Virus record (IMG/VR): IMGVR_UViG_3300043775_003665
Span: 1-60,974 of that record
Length of the DNA stretch: 60,974 nt
Source: a virus
Lineage: Duplodnaviria > Caudoviricetes
Direction: 5' to 3' (one strand)
A program made the position numbers and the translations under genes. Within the stretch, counting starts at the first letter, position 1; every line of letters begins with the position of its first letter. The notes under the pieces were generated by a model. The model did no database searches and was not told the origin of the DNA. It saw only the letters and a program-made list of their open reading frames with translations. Below are positions 49,600 through 58,430 of this stretch, one piece after another.

Positions 49600-51436
49600 T
49601 ATATATTATATTTGCTGCCATTTCTTCTTTGCCATATCTTGGAGTCGCGTTTAGTGGTGCTCCAGGATTTTCTTCGTATGCCCAATCTTTTAATCCTAAC
49701 TCTTCAAACCTATTTTTAATTTTTTCATTGTAATAGTATCCTATTGTTCTTACTCGTCTTTGAATATCTGCTCTAGATAAATTATGTGTATTTTGTCCAT
49801 TCGCATTATTATATAAGAATTGAACATATCCTAATTTTGGTATTTTGCAGGTTATTGTTTTTAAAAAAGTTCTTACAACTAACTCGTAATCATCTGCAAT
49901 TACAAGACTTCTATTATGTCCTCCAATTTCAAAATAAGTTGATCTTCTCCATGCTCTTACATGGTTAGGAACTCCAACAATATGCCGAATTGTTTTCGGA
50001 TTAATATTATGCTGTGTTGAGACTTTCATCATTTTTCCATTATATATTTCATCTCTATATGAACCATACGCAAATGCAAATCCTTCAGGATATGTTAAAG
50101 AATTCCAATTCTCATCAACCTCTAATGTGTCATTAAAAAAGAATCCGGCCTCTGGATGTTTTTTAGCTGCTTTATAAAGGTCTTCAGTACACCATGGGAC
50201 TAATAAATCATCATGGTCTAATTCGGCTAAAATAAAACCTTTCGACATGGCGCAGCATCTCCATTTAACCTCACCAATATTTCCACCACTTTTTTCTCTA
50301 AAATCATAAAGACGTACTCTTGGGTCTTTTGCTGCAATAGATTCTGCTATTTTTAATGTTTTACCGCCATCTGTGGAATCATTTACTAATACCCATTCCC
50401 AATTACCATAGGTTTGGTCCAGTAAGGATTGATAGGTATTGAATAGTTTTTTACCAGTATTGTATATTGGAGTAAAATATGAAATCATTGAACTATCTTC
50501 TAATCCATCTGGGTTCAACATACTTTCCATCGAACATTGATATGCTGTCTGACCAACATCTCCGGTTGAGAAGTCATTATTAAGGTTTAACCATTTTCTA
50601 CGAAATTGAAGTGGCATACTTGCCATTTCTGGAAAGTTTTCCCAAGATTCTCCTCTAGTTATAATAACATCTGGTTTAAATGAAGCTAATGATATTGCAA
50701 TATCATTATCATTCTTTAAGTATTTAATTTCTAGGCTATCATCCTCATAATTCAATATTTTAAGTGATTTTAATTCAGGTTCATCATCTCCAATATATAA
50801 TACTTTAGGAAGTTTTGCTTTTGAGTTTTTCTGAAGATAGTTGTAGTGCGATAACGTTAATTCGGTAAATGTAAACCATTCAGGATGTTCTTCGTGGATA
50901 GTTCCTATAAGAATTCCATCTGCTCGATAGTTAGGTAAATATGTATATCCATATTCATTGTAAACATCAATACTAACAATATATTGCGCTAAATCTACAC
51001 ATTGTACTTTTGTATATTTAGGGGCTGCTTTTCTATATGTTAATTTGGTAAAATCTTTTCCAGCAACATTTTGTGAAACTACATGAACTTTTTTATCTGG
51101 ATTTTCTAATGAAGATTGTAAAACATATTCATAGAAACCTTCATGTATAATATTGTCATCATCTAAAAAATAAACCCAACCTTCTCTAAATTTTGAAATT
51201 ATAACGGAACATTCAGGATATAGCATTCCAATATCGTCTCCTTTTTCAAAGTTGTATGATGTTGAATCATCTTTTAAATCAAATAGTAATTCTGCATCGA
51301 TATCTTTAAGATTTTTAGTATCAAATACTAAGTGCCAATTAATTTCACATCCGTTTGGAATATTATTAAAAACAGATTCTTTAACCGTTTTTAAATTCTG
51401 AAGACGAGTAGCTCGAGTTATTATATTAATTTTCAT
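49586..51436 (-). CDS. Tandem GT-A (family 2) glycosyltransferase
   Basis: N-terminal domain with VYFLDDDN; C-terminal ISYFTPIYN..SLLDQTY.NWEWVLVNDS..ELDHDD..GG...ADDYEL. Confidence 0.85.
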   Translation of the reverse strand: MKINIITRATRLQNLKTVKESVFNNIPNGCEINWHLVFDTKNLKDIDAELLFDLKDDSTSYNFEKGDDIGMLYPECSVIISKFREGWVYFLDDDNIIHEGFYEYVLQSSLENPDKKVHVVSQNVAGKDFTKLTYRKAAPKYTKVQCVDLAQYIVSIDVYNEYGYTYLPNYRADGILIGTIHEEHPEWFTFTELTLSHYNYLQKNSKAKLPKVLYIGDDEPELKSLKILNYEDDSLEIKYLKNDNDIAISLASFKPDVIITRGESWENFPEMASMPLQFRRKWLNLNNDFSTGDVGQTAYQCSMESMLNPDGLEDSSMISYFTPIYNTGKKLFNTYQSLLDQTYGNWEWVLVNDSTDGGKTLKIAESIAAKDPRVRLYDFREKSGGNIGEVKWRCCAMSKGFILAELDHDDLLVPWCTEDLYKAAKKHPEAGFFFNDTLEVDENWNSLTYPEGFAFAYGSYRDEIYNGKMMKVSTQHNINPKTIRHIVGVPNHVRAWRRSTYFEIGGHNRSLVIADDYELVVRTFLKTITCKIPKLGYVQFLYNNANGQNTHNLSRADIQRRVRTIGYYYNEKIKNRFEELGLKDWAYEENPGAPLNATPRYGKEEMAANIIYNEYE

Positions 51437-51486
51437 ACTAATTATATTATAAAAATAAAATTAGTTTATATATTTTGGTACTTATT

Positions 51487-52188
51487 TTAGATGCCGTGTT
51501 TGATTCGGTTGAAGAGCATGCTCTTCATTATTGGTAACATGCAATCATTATATGGAGGTAGCAAAGTTTTGAATTTTGTATCGAATCTAAAAAATCTGTA
51601 AGAAGTACTTTCTAATTCTGATCTTTTAATAAACTCGGAAATCTTTTTGGTTGAATTTTCTAACTCTTCAACTTTCTTTAAATTAAACTCGCTCCAATTT
51701 ATTTTAAAAGATGAAGGTTCTATATAAGAATAGACGTGAATTTTTTGATTTATTATATCAATGTAAAAAATGTACCCTTTAGTATTGAGATGCTTTTTCT
51801 CTGGAATCTCGGTAATAGTACACTGTGATTCAACTAGTCTCCATTTATCTCTAATAATTCGGTATAGGTCTTCTAGTTTTTCAATTGCAATATCGCAAAC
51901 ATCATACATTGAGTTGACACCATCAATTTCTTCTGGATAGTCATATTTTAAAGACATTGTATCAATATCAATTCCAGTAATTATTCTAGTTTTGCTTTCG
52001 ATCTCGTCTTTTCCATATTTAATATTGTATAGTTTTTCAAGTTCATTCTCTACTTCTAAGATAGCAGAATACAAGCTATTAGCAGAAATCAATTTTTTAA
52101 TTTTATCGATTCCGGCTAATAGCTTGTAGTACTTTAACTCATAGTCATGAGGTGGCTCTGTTAGCCAATTTGGTGTAAAGACGTTCAT
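51487..52188 (-). CDS. Hypothetical protein
   Basis: 233 aa; N-terminal W...P.DYELKYYKLLA motif. Confidence 0.7.
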   Translation of the reverse strand: MNVFTPNWLTEPPHDYELKYYKLLAGIDKIKKLISANSLYSAILEVENELEKLYNIKYGKDEIESKTRIITGIDIDTMSLKYDYPEEIDGVNSMYDVCDIAIEKLEDLYRIIRDKWRLVESQCTITEIPEKKHLNTKGYIFYIDIINQKIHVYSYIEPSSFKINWSEFNLKKVEELENSTKKISEFIKRSELESTSYRFFRFDTKFKTLLPPYNDCMLPIMKSMLFNRIKHGI

Positions 52189-52249
52189 ACCTATATCTAT
52201 CTTAGATTTACTAAATTATATAGGTATTTCTATTTTATATTACTATAAT

Positions 52250-52561
52250 CTAGGATTTGGTTCTTTTAGTAGCATTGCTCTGCACTCTGGTTGGTGTTTT
52301 TCTAGGATTAATAGTAGTTAATCCCCATTGCAAAATAAACCAACTTGCCTCTTTTTCGGCAGCAACTTTTGAAATTTTAAGCACTTCTCTTATTCTTTCA
52401 ACAGAATATTTAATAAATGCTTCTTCTTTCTCTGGAGTAGTTTTATAATCCATGTACCATGATGGATTTGTTTTAACATCTTCATACGTTACTCCATGGT
52501 CTTTAAGTTGATAGTTAATCAATTCAACAAAAAGTTCTCTTTGTTTTTCTCGGTTTGTCAT
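52250..52561 (-). CDS. Hypothetical protein
   Basis: 103 aa; coupled operon downstream of clpP. Confidence 0.65.
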   Translation of the reverse strand: MTNREKQRELFVELINYQLKDHGVTYEDVKTNPSWYMDYKTTPEKEEAFIKYSVERIREVLKISKVAAEKEASWFILQWGLTTINPRKTPTRVQSNATKRTKS

Positions 52562-52755
52562 AATGAAATTAATGAAATAAATGTATTTTTATCGTTTAAT
52601 CTTACAAAATCAGAGTAGGAAATGTCCACTAAATATGAATCTTTAAAGTAGGTTGGGGATATTGTAATTGGATACAACTCTGCATCTAATTTTCCTTTAA
52701 TTATTTTATCCAAGTATTCAAGTTCTCCTTCGTGTATGTAAAAATGAATTTTCAT
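52558..52755 (-). CDS. Hypothetical small protein
   Basis: 65 aa; start abuts the clpP stop. Confidence 0.6.
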   Translation of the reverse strand: MKIHFYIHEGELEYLDKIIKGKLDAELYPITISPTYFKDSYLVDISYSDFVRLNDKNTFISLISL

Positions 52756-53442
52756 TTATTTTCTAGATTTTGATTTAACTGGATTAATAATCTCGTCGAT
52801 TATACCATACTTAAGAGCCTCTTCTGCGCTTAACCATAAATCTCTAGTAGCATCTGCCATTACTTGTTCGGGTTTTTTATCACAATAAGCACCTAATAGG
52901 TTAAATAGTTCTTTATTTACTTTTTGCCATTCTGCCCAGTCGATTTCGGCGTCTTGAATATTCCCACTGAATCCTCCTGAAGATTGGTGTAGCATAGTTG
53001 TCGAGTGTCTTAGTGAACTTCTCTTGCCTTTAGTTCCAGCGCCTAATAATACTGAACCCATAGAAGCTGCCATACCAGTGTTAACCGTTTTAATATCGGA
53101 TTTAATCCATTCCATAACGTCAACCATAGAAAGTCCAGATTTTACTGACCCTCCAGGACTATCAATATGCATTGTTATGTCTCGGTCATCGGTACTATCT
53201 AAAAACATTAATTGAGCCTGAACTATTGTAGACATATTGTCATTAACAGGTCCTGCAACCCATAATAATCTATCCATCATTAATCTTGAGAATATATCCA
53301 TCTGAGTAGCTCTCAATTGTCTCTCTTCTAGGATATAAGGTGTCATTGAAGATTCAATTTGGTTTTTATAGTAATGCATGTTCATTGAACTTATGCCCTT
53401 GTCTAGCATTGCATATCTTTCAAATTCTTTTCCGTGATTCAT
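52756..53442 (-). CDS. clpP: ATP-dependent Clp protease proteolytic subunit ClpP
   Basis: DIFSRLMMDR; IDSPGGSV; AASMG (Ser), MLHQ (His), RDLWL (Asp) triad intact. Confidence 0.96.
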   Translation of the reverse strand: MNHGKEFERYAMLDKGISSMNMHYYKNQIESSMTPYILEERQLRATQMDIFSRLMMDRLLWVAGPVNDNMSTIVQAQLMFLDSTDDRDITMHIDSPGGSVKSGLSMVDVMEWIKSDIKTVNTGMAASMGSVLLGAGTKGKRSSLRHSTTMLHQSSGGFSGNIQDAEIDWAEWQKVNKELFNLLGAYCDKKPEQVMADATRDLWLSAEEALKYGIIDEIINPVKSKSRK

Positions 53443-53747
53443 TATAGTTTCTTTAATAGTTTTTTAATTTGCGTGCATCTTTCATATTTTTCATGAAAGG
53501 TATAAAATTCTAGGCTTTTTAATATTGATTGTTTATATGAACTCTTTGGAAGTTCTGCGTGTTGAATAGCTCCATTTTCATATATAAAATAACAGAGCAA
53601 GGTTTCGTTGCATTCTTTTTTAATATTCATCTCGATAAAATCGACAATTCTATCATGGAATTCAAAATCGCCCTTGATTGAATCGAAATTCTTTCCATTA
53701 ATATAGAATTCTGGAATATTTAATTTGGGTTTCATGCACTCAATCAT
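53442..53747 (-). CDS. Small protein with C-terminal UVR-like motif (EKYERC)
   Basis: SLEFYTFHEKYERCTQIKKL; stop overlaps the clpP start. Confidence 0.7.
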   Translation of the reverse strand: MIECMKPKLNIPEFYINGKNFDSIKGDFEFHDRIVDFIEMNIKKECNETLLCYFIYENGAIQHAELPKSSYKQSILKSLEFYTFHEKYERCTQIKKLLKKL

Positions 53748-54598
53748 AGCTCTTTTATATTAAGATATTCTGATAATATGTTAATATATTCATCTTTAGG
53801 CAATTCATTATCGATTGCAAAATTAATATTATTTATCATCGAAACTCCGCATTTAGTTAATTGCATTACGCTGTTTTCAATATTAAAAATAGGTTCTAAT
53901 AATTCCATTGAGTATTGTTTCTCATGAAGAGGCTCATTAACAATTTTTTCGGCTAATTCAAAGTGTCTTTCGTAAAAGTGAATGTTATCTGCCCAGTGGT
54001 GATATACTCCAAGTTCTAATTCTGGGTAAGTTGACTTTAACCAAAGATAAACATGTTGATGAACAAATGCAAAGAAAGGAGCATCAAATGTAAGTCCATA
54101 AAATATATCGTTAGAACGCATTTGAACTTTCATATCTAACTTGTTGCGCCTGATTGAAAAGTTCAGGTACATAGTACATACAAAATCTTTATTACCTTCA
54201 AACTGGTATTTTGGCTGATTTAAGAAAGCAATTGCCTGTCTAGTGTTCTTGTCTGCTTTAAGAGAATCGACTACCCATTGTAATTGTTCTCCGAAAAGAA
54301 GAGAACCGTAATTTGAATTAATTTCGTTTGTTCCGGGATTTGTTATGTTTTTCCAAAATCCAGAAAACTTATTAATGTAATCAATATTGGTATCTTTATA
54401 AAGGTACCACGCTAATTCTCCGGCAAAATACTTCCAATTAAACTCTCTACTATTAAAATTAGCAAATGGTTCTTTTGGATTAATTTGATATCCAGCATAG
54501 AGTAATTCGGTAACTTCAAGGTCTCTTGGTTTAGAGACCTCTCCGTGTATTTTTATATCTGAGATTATGTGTTTGAATTGGTGTGAAAAGGTTTTCAT
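53744..54598 (-). CDS. Thymidylate synthase-superfamily enzyme, most similar in motifs to dCMP hydroxymethylase (T4 gp42-like)
   Basis: ELAWY, EINSNYG, DFVCT (catalytic Cys), MRSNDIFYGLTFD (Asp at the specificity position), HFYERHF. Confidence 0.8.
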   Translation of the reverse strand: MKTFSHQFKHIISDIKIHGEVSKPRDLEVTELLYAGYQINPKEPFANFNSREFNWKYFAGELAWYLYKDTNIDYINKFSGFWKNITNPGTNEINSNYGSLLFGEQLQWVVDSLKADKNTRQAIAFLNQPKYQFEGNKDFVCTMYLNFSIRRNKLDMKVQMRSNDIFYGLTFDAPFFAFVHQHVYLWLKSTYPELELGVYHHWADNIHFYERHFELAEKIVNEPLHEKQYSMELLEPIFNIENSVMQLTKCGVSMINNINFAIDNELPKDEYINILSEYLNIKEL

Positions 54599-54624
54599 AT
54601 TTCTAATTTTATTATATTATATGA

Positions 54625-56595
54625 TTATTTTACAGAAAGTTTCTCATCTCCTTTTTTATGAGATATCGTGTATGCTTTATTTCCTTTAACAATTTCTTTG
54701 GCTAATATACCATCTGCTAATAAGTCTTCAACATATGTTTGAATTGCTCTTTTAAGAGGTCTGGCTCCATATTGTGCATCATATCCATGTTCTGCTAAAA
54801 ATACTACTGCAGTTTTTGCAATTTTAATAACATAATCTTGCTCTGCCATTCTTTCAATTACTTTTTGAATTTCTATTTCTGCAATTTTAGCAACATCTTC
54901 TTGTTTTAATCCATCAAACAATACTATTTCATCCAGTCTATTTAAGAATTCTGGTGCAAATTTGTTTTTAAGTTCTTTTCGAATAACTGTTTCCATTTCC
55001 ATTTTATGGGAAGTAGTAGAACTTGAACTTGAGAATCCGATTCCAGCTCCAAATTCTGCAACTCTTTTTGCTCCAACATTACTTGTCATAATAATGATAG
55101 TATTTGTAAAGTCAATAGTTCTACCAAGAGTATCAGTTAAACGACCCTCATCCAGAACCTGCAATAAGACATTAAAAATATCTGGATGCGCCTTTTCAAC
55201 CTCATCAAATAGGACTACAGAATATGGTTTGCGTCGGACTTGCTCTGTTAACTGTCCGCCATCTTCATGTCCTTCATATCCTGGAGGAGAACCAATAAGT
55301 CTACTTACATTAAATTTCTCTTGGTATTCTGACATATCGATTCTAATTAAGGAATCTTCGCTTCCAAAATAGTATTCAGAAAGGGCTTTAACAGTTTCTG
55401 TTTTACCAACTCCAGTAGGTCCGATAAACATAAATGAACCGATAGGTTTTTTAGATGAACTTACACCAGTTCGGCTTCTTTTAATAACTCTACATAGACC
55501 TTCAACTGCAGTATCTTGCCCAATAATCATAGATTTTAATTCATTTTCCATATCAATAACAATTCTGCTCTCGTCATCGGTCATTCTTGTTACTGGAATC
55601 CCGGTAGATTCTGAAATTACTTCAGCAATATCTTCATAAGTTACTGCCTTCCGATTTAACCGGAGAGTCTCCTCCCATTCCTTGGTTCTTTTTGTTATAT
55701 CTTCTCGTTTACTTATTTCAAGGTCTCTTAATTTTCCGGCTTTTTCATAGTCCGTAGAATCTGCTGCTTTTAATTTTTGGGATTTTAATTTATCAGCTTC
55801 AATTTCAAGTTCTTTAATAATTTCTGGGATTTTTACCTCTTTTAAATGCACCTTTGCTCCAGCCTCATCCATAACATCAATTGCTTTGTCCGGTAATTCT
55901 CTTTGAGTAATATATCGGTCAGATAGCATTACGCATGCTTTAATAGCCTCGGCAGTATATGATACCGAATGGAAGTCTTCGTAGTTTGGTTTGATTCTAT
56001 CTAATATTTCAATAGCATCTTCAAGGGATGGTGGGTCTATAAAGATTTCTTGGAATCTTCGGGTAAGAGCCCCATCAGTTTCAATATTTTCACGATATTC
56101 ATCGATTGTTGTAGCACCAATACATTGTACTTGTCCTCTTGCCAATGCAGGTTTAAGGATATTACTAGCGTCTAATGAACCACTTACACCACCAGCACCT
56201 ACAATCGTGTGAATCTCATCAATAAAGACAATAACATCTGGGTTTTCTTTAAGTTCATCAACGATGTTTTTCATTCGTTCCTCGAATTCTCCACGGTATT
56301 TTGTACCTGCAACCACATTGGCTATATTAAGCGCGATTATACGTTTATTAAGAAGAGTCATTGCAACTTTCTTTTCAACAATTCGCTGGGCAATTGCTTC
56401 AACCAGGGCAGTTTTACCCACACCAGGATCCCCTAAAATAATTGGATTGTTTTTCTTTCTACGAGATAGGATTTGACATATTCTATAGACTTCTTTCTCC
56501 CGTCCGATTATAGGGTCAAGTTTCCCATCCGCCGCTAATTTAGTTAAGTCCTCTCCAAATTGGTCAATGAATGGAGTATTTGTTTTCTTGGTCAT
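54625..56595 (-). CDS. clpC: ClpC-type AAA+ unfoldase lacking the N-terminal domain
   Basis: Two AAA+ modules (GDPGVGKT/FIDEIH; GPTGVGKT/FDEVEK), UVR M-domain (DYEKAGKLRD), ClpP-docking IGF loop; starts directly at TPFIDQFGEDLT. Confidence 0.92.
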   Translation of the reverse strand: MTKKTNTPFIDQFGEDLTKLAADGKLDPIIGREKEVYRICQILSRRKKNNPIILGDPGVGKTALVEAIAQRIVEKKVAMTLLNKRIIALNIANVVAGTKYRGEFEERMKNIVDELKENPDVIVFIDEIHTIVGAGGVSGSLDASNILKPALARGQVQCIGATTIDEYRENIETDGALTRRFQEIFIDPPSLEDAIEILDRIKPNYEDFHSVSYTAEAIKACVMLSDRYITQRELPDKAIDVMDEAGAKVHLKEVKIPEIIKELEIEADKLKSQKLKAADSTDYEKAGKLRDLEISKREDITKRTKEWEETLRLNRKAVTYEDIAEVISESTGIPVTRMTDDESRIVIDMENELKSMIIGQDTAVEGLCRVIKRSRTGVSSSKKPIGSFMFIGPTGVGKTETVKALSEYYFGSEDSLIRIDMSEYQEKFNVSRLIGSPPGYEGHEDGGQLTEQVRRKPYSVVLFDEVEKAHPDIFNVLLQVLDEGRLTDTLGRTIDFTNTIIIMTSNVGAKRVAEFGAGIGFSSSSSTTSHKMEMETVIRKELKNKFAPEFLNRLDEIVLFDGLKQEDVAKIAEIEIQKVIERMAEQDYVIKIAKTAVVFLAEHGYDAQYGARPLKRAIQTYVEDLLADGILAKEIVKGNKAYTISHKKGDEKLSVK

Positions 56596-56646
56596 ATTGT
56601 GTAGATTAATTTATTATGATAGTATTATAATATGCGCGGATCCCTA

Positions 56647-56856
56647 TTATGAATGGGTACGGATATTATTAACGGAACGTTGAACACATTCAGGACATAG
56701 AGATGCAGTAGCTTCAGGGCTTACAATAGTCCAGTTCTCGCATGGGCCATCTTCAGGCCCGTATTCTGCCCATTTACTCGCTTCTGGTTCTGAATTCTGA
56801 CAAATCATCGATACGACCTTACGGCCTTTAACTTCGGTCTCTTTAGTTTTCCACAT
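56647..56856 (-). CDS. Small 4-Cys putative zinc-binding protein
   Basis: MICQNS..CENW..LCPEC; immediately upstream of clpC. Confidence 0.65.
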   Translation of the reverse strand: MWKTKETEVKGRKVVSMICQNSEPEASKWAEYGPEDGPCENWTIVSPEATASLCPECVQRSVNNIRTHS

Positions 56857-56879
56857 AGTATATTTATTTTAGATTTATA

Positions 56880-58430
56880 CTGAGAACTTCCAGTTTGTTT
56901 CAGGGTAGACTTGAAGAACCTTTGAGTCCGATGAAAATTTTTATTTCTGTAATTCTGACCCGGTCCACCCTCGTATTGCGTGGGAAAATTTGGGTTTCAA
57001 TCATCAAAAAAACCATAAAATCCACCAGAACGATTGACCCGTTGAGGTACTCTAAATACCATTGAGGACCATTGGGCGGCCCCTCCAAATACACTTCGTG
57101 CCTGACACAGTACCCATTAGACCTCCATCCGTCACGTGACACTGACCGCCTTTTTAAAAGTATCAGAGTTTGTGTGTCCCTCCTGTAGGTTCTTTATATA
57201 ATAACGACGGTATACCTATAGGGGTTTTACTAATATCGTATACTATTAGATAGAATAGTTCTATCAGTTTTTAAATCCCTACAGCGCGCCCCCACCCCGC
57301 CCCTTTGGGACTATGAGATAGAGGTCAATTTATTTTTTTCTACTGGGATTTTTTGACTTGGAGACTTTAGGTACCTCAGATGGATGAGAGTTTGGTGAGT
57401 CCCTCCTCCTTTCACCTTTGAGACCCGAACATCTCTTATACCCTCATAGGACCCATTTGTTTCAAGATACTCTAAGTAATTCACAGTACACTTCGTGCCT
57501 GACACAGTACCCTCAGGTCAATCTGAGCCAACCATCCCCCATTGGTAACGGTCTTATTGGTTTATTATAGGTTCTATCTGATTTTTGTAACGGTGGTAAC
57601 CATTCTATCGGTCGTGATTGGTCTTTTGGTCACCTCCCGCTCCGGGTAATATTTTGGGTAGGGGCAACATTGAGACTTTGGGGGTGGCGGTAGGACCATT
57701 GGAGAGCCATTCGAGGACCATTGGGTACTGGAGGGTCGGTCAATGCTCGGATGGCACTATTCCCGGACGGGGATAACTAGTGCACTTCTATGAAACACAT
57801 TTATCAAAGGTCTATATTAGTTAGGAAGTCTCTAGAGTCCTAGAGAGTCATGTACCCCTCCCCTAGAGCCCTTTGAAAAATTCTAGACCTGCCCCAGCCT
57901 TTTTCCGGCAATTGAGAGCTGCTACGGCTTCTGGTGCTCTAGGGCCCTGAAGACCCTGGGCCTTAGGGACACTGTAGGGTCCTCCTGTAGTGCAGGGCCC
58001 TCAGGTACTACAGGTACTACCTGTTCTATAGGTCATATTAATGTATATACTGTGCAGGTAACAACCTGCATTGAAATACATTGACCTGCGTTGCCTGTGC
58101 CAACAGTTGATTGGTGTACTACAGGTTGGACAATATATTGCCTATAGTGCATATTACACCTGTAAGCATATTGCACTTATTGAATATTATTGAAATACAT
58201 TGAATATTGTTGATATGCATTGAAATACATTGAAATACATTGAATATTGTTGATATGCATTGAAATACATTGAATATTGTTGATATGCATTGAGCCGGGC
58301 ATTGAATATTGTTGATATGCATTGAGCCGGGCATTGAGCCGGGCATTGTTCTAGGGCATTGATCCTGGACATTGATCCGGACAACTTGCCGGGCATTGAT
58401 CCTGGAGATTGTTCCCGGAGCATTGATCCC
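56880..58430. other. Long non-coding, GC-elevated region with repeats and palindromes (candidate replication origin or genome terminus)
   Basis: No credible ORF for about 1.5 kb; 26-bp direct repeat, many palindromes, phased TTGA array; close to the strand switch. Confidence 0.45.
57090..57512. repeat. 26-bp exact direct repeat TACACTTCGTGCCTGACACAGTACCC (57090-57115 and 57487-57512)
   Basis: Read directly from the sequence. Confidence 0.9.

Noticed and set aside
1167-56476. Numerous plus-strand and nested ORFs in the track (e.g. 44916-45458, 30853-31413, 54962-55372)
   Set aside because: Antisense or out-of-frame shadows of well-supported minus-strand genes.
41134-56595. Bacterial chromosome segment or prophage boundary (because of clpP, clpC, dnaJ, rnhB, phoH)
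   Set aside because: The host-like genes are interspersed with small phage-type ORFs and share promoter motifs with the virion module; no integrase or att site was seen.
56596-56649. Stop-codon read-through fusing the Zn-finger ORF to ClpC (same frame)
   Set aside because: TAA-TAG double stop plus another in-frame TAA at 56614-56616; sharing a frame is a 1-in-3 chance.
57090-57512. 26-bp repeats as a mini-CRISPR or att sites
   Set aside because: Only two copies, 397 bp apart, which is too long for a spacer; no integrase or cargo gene lies between them.
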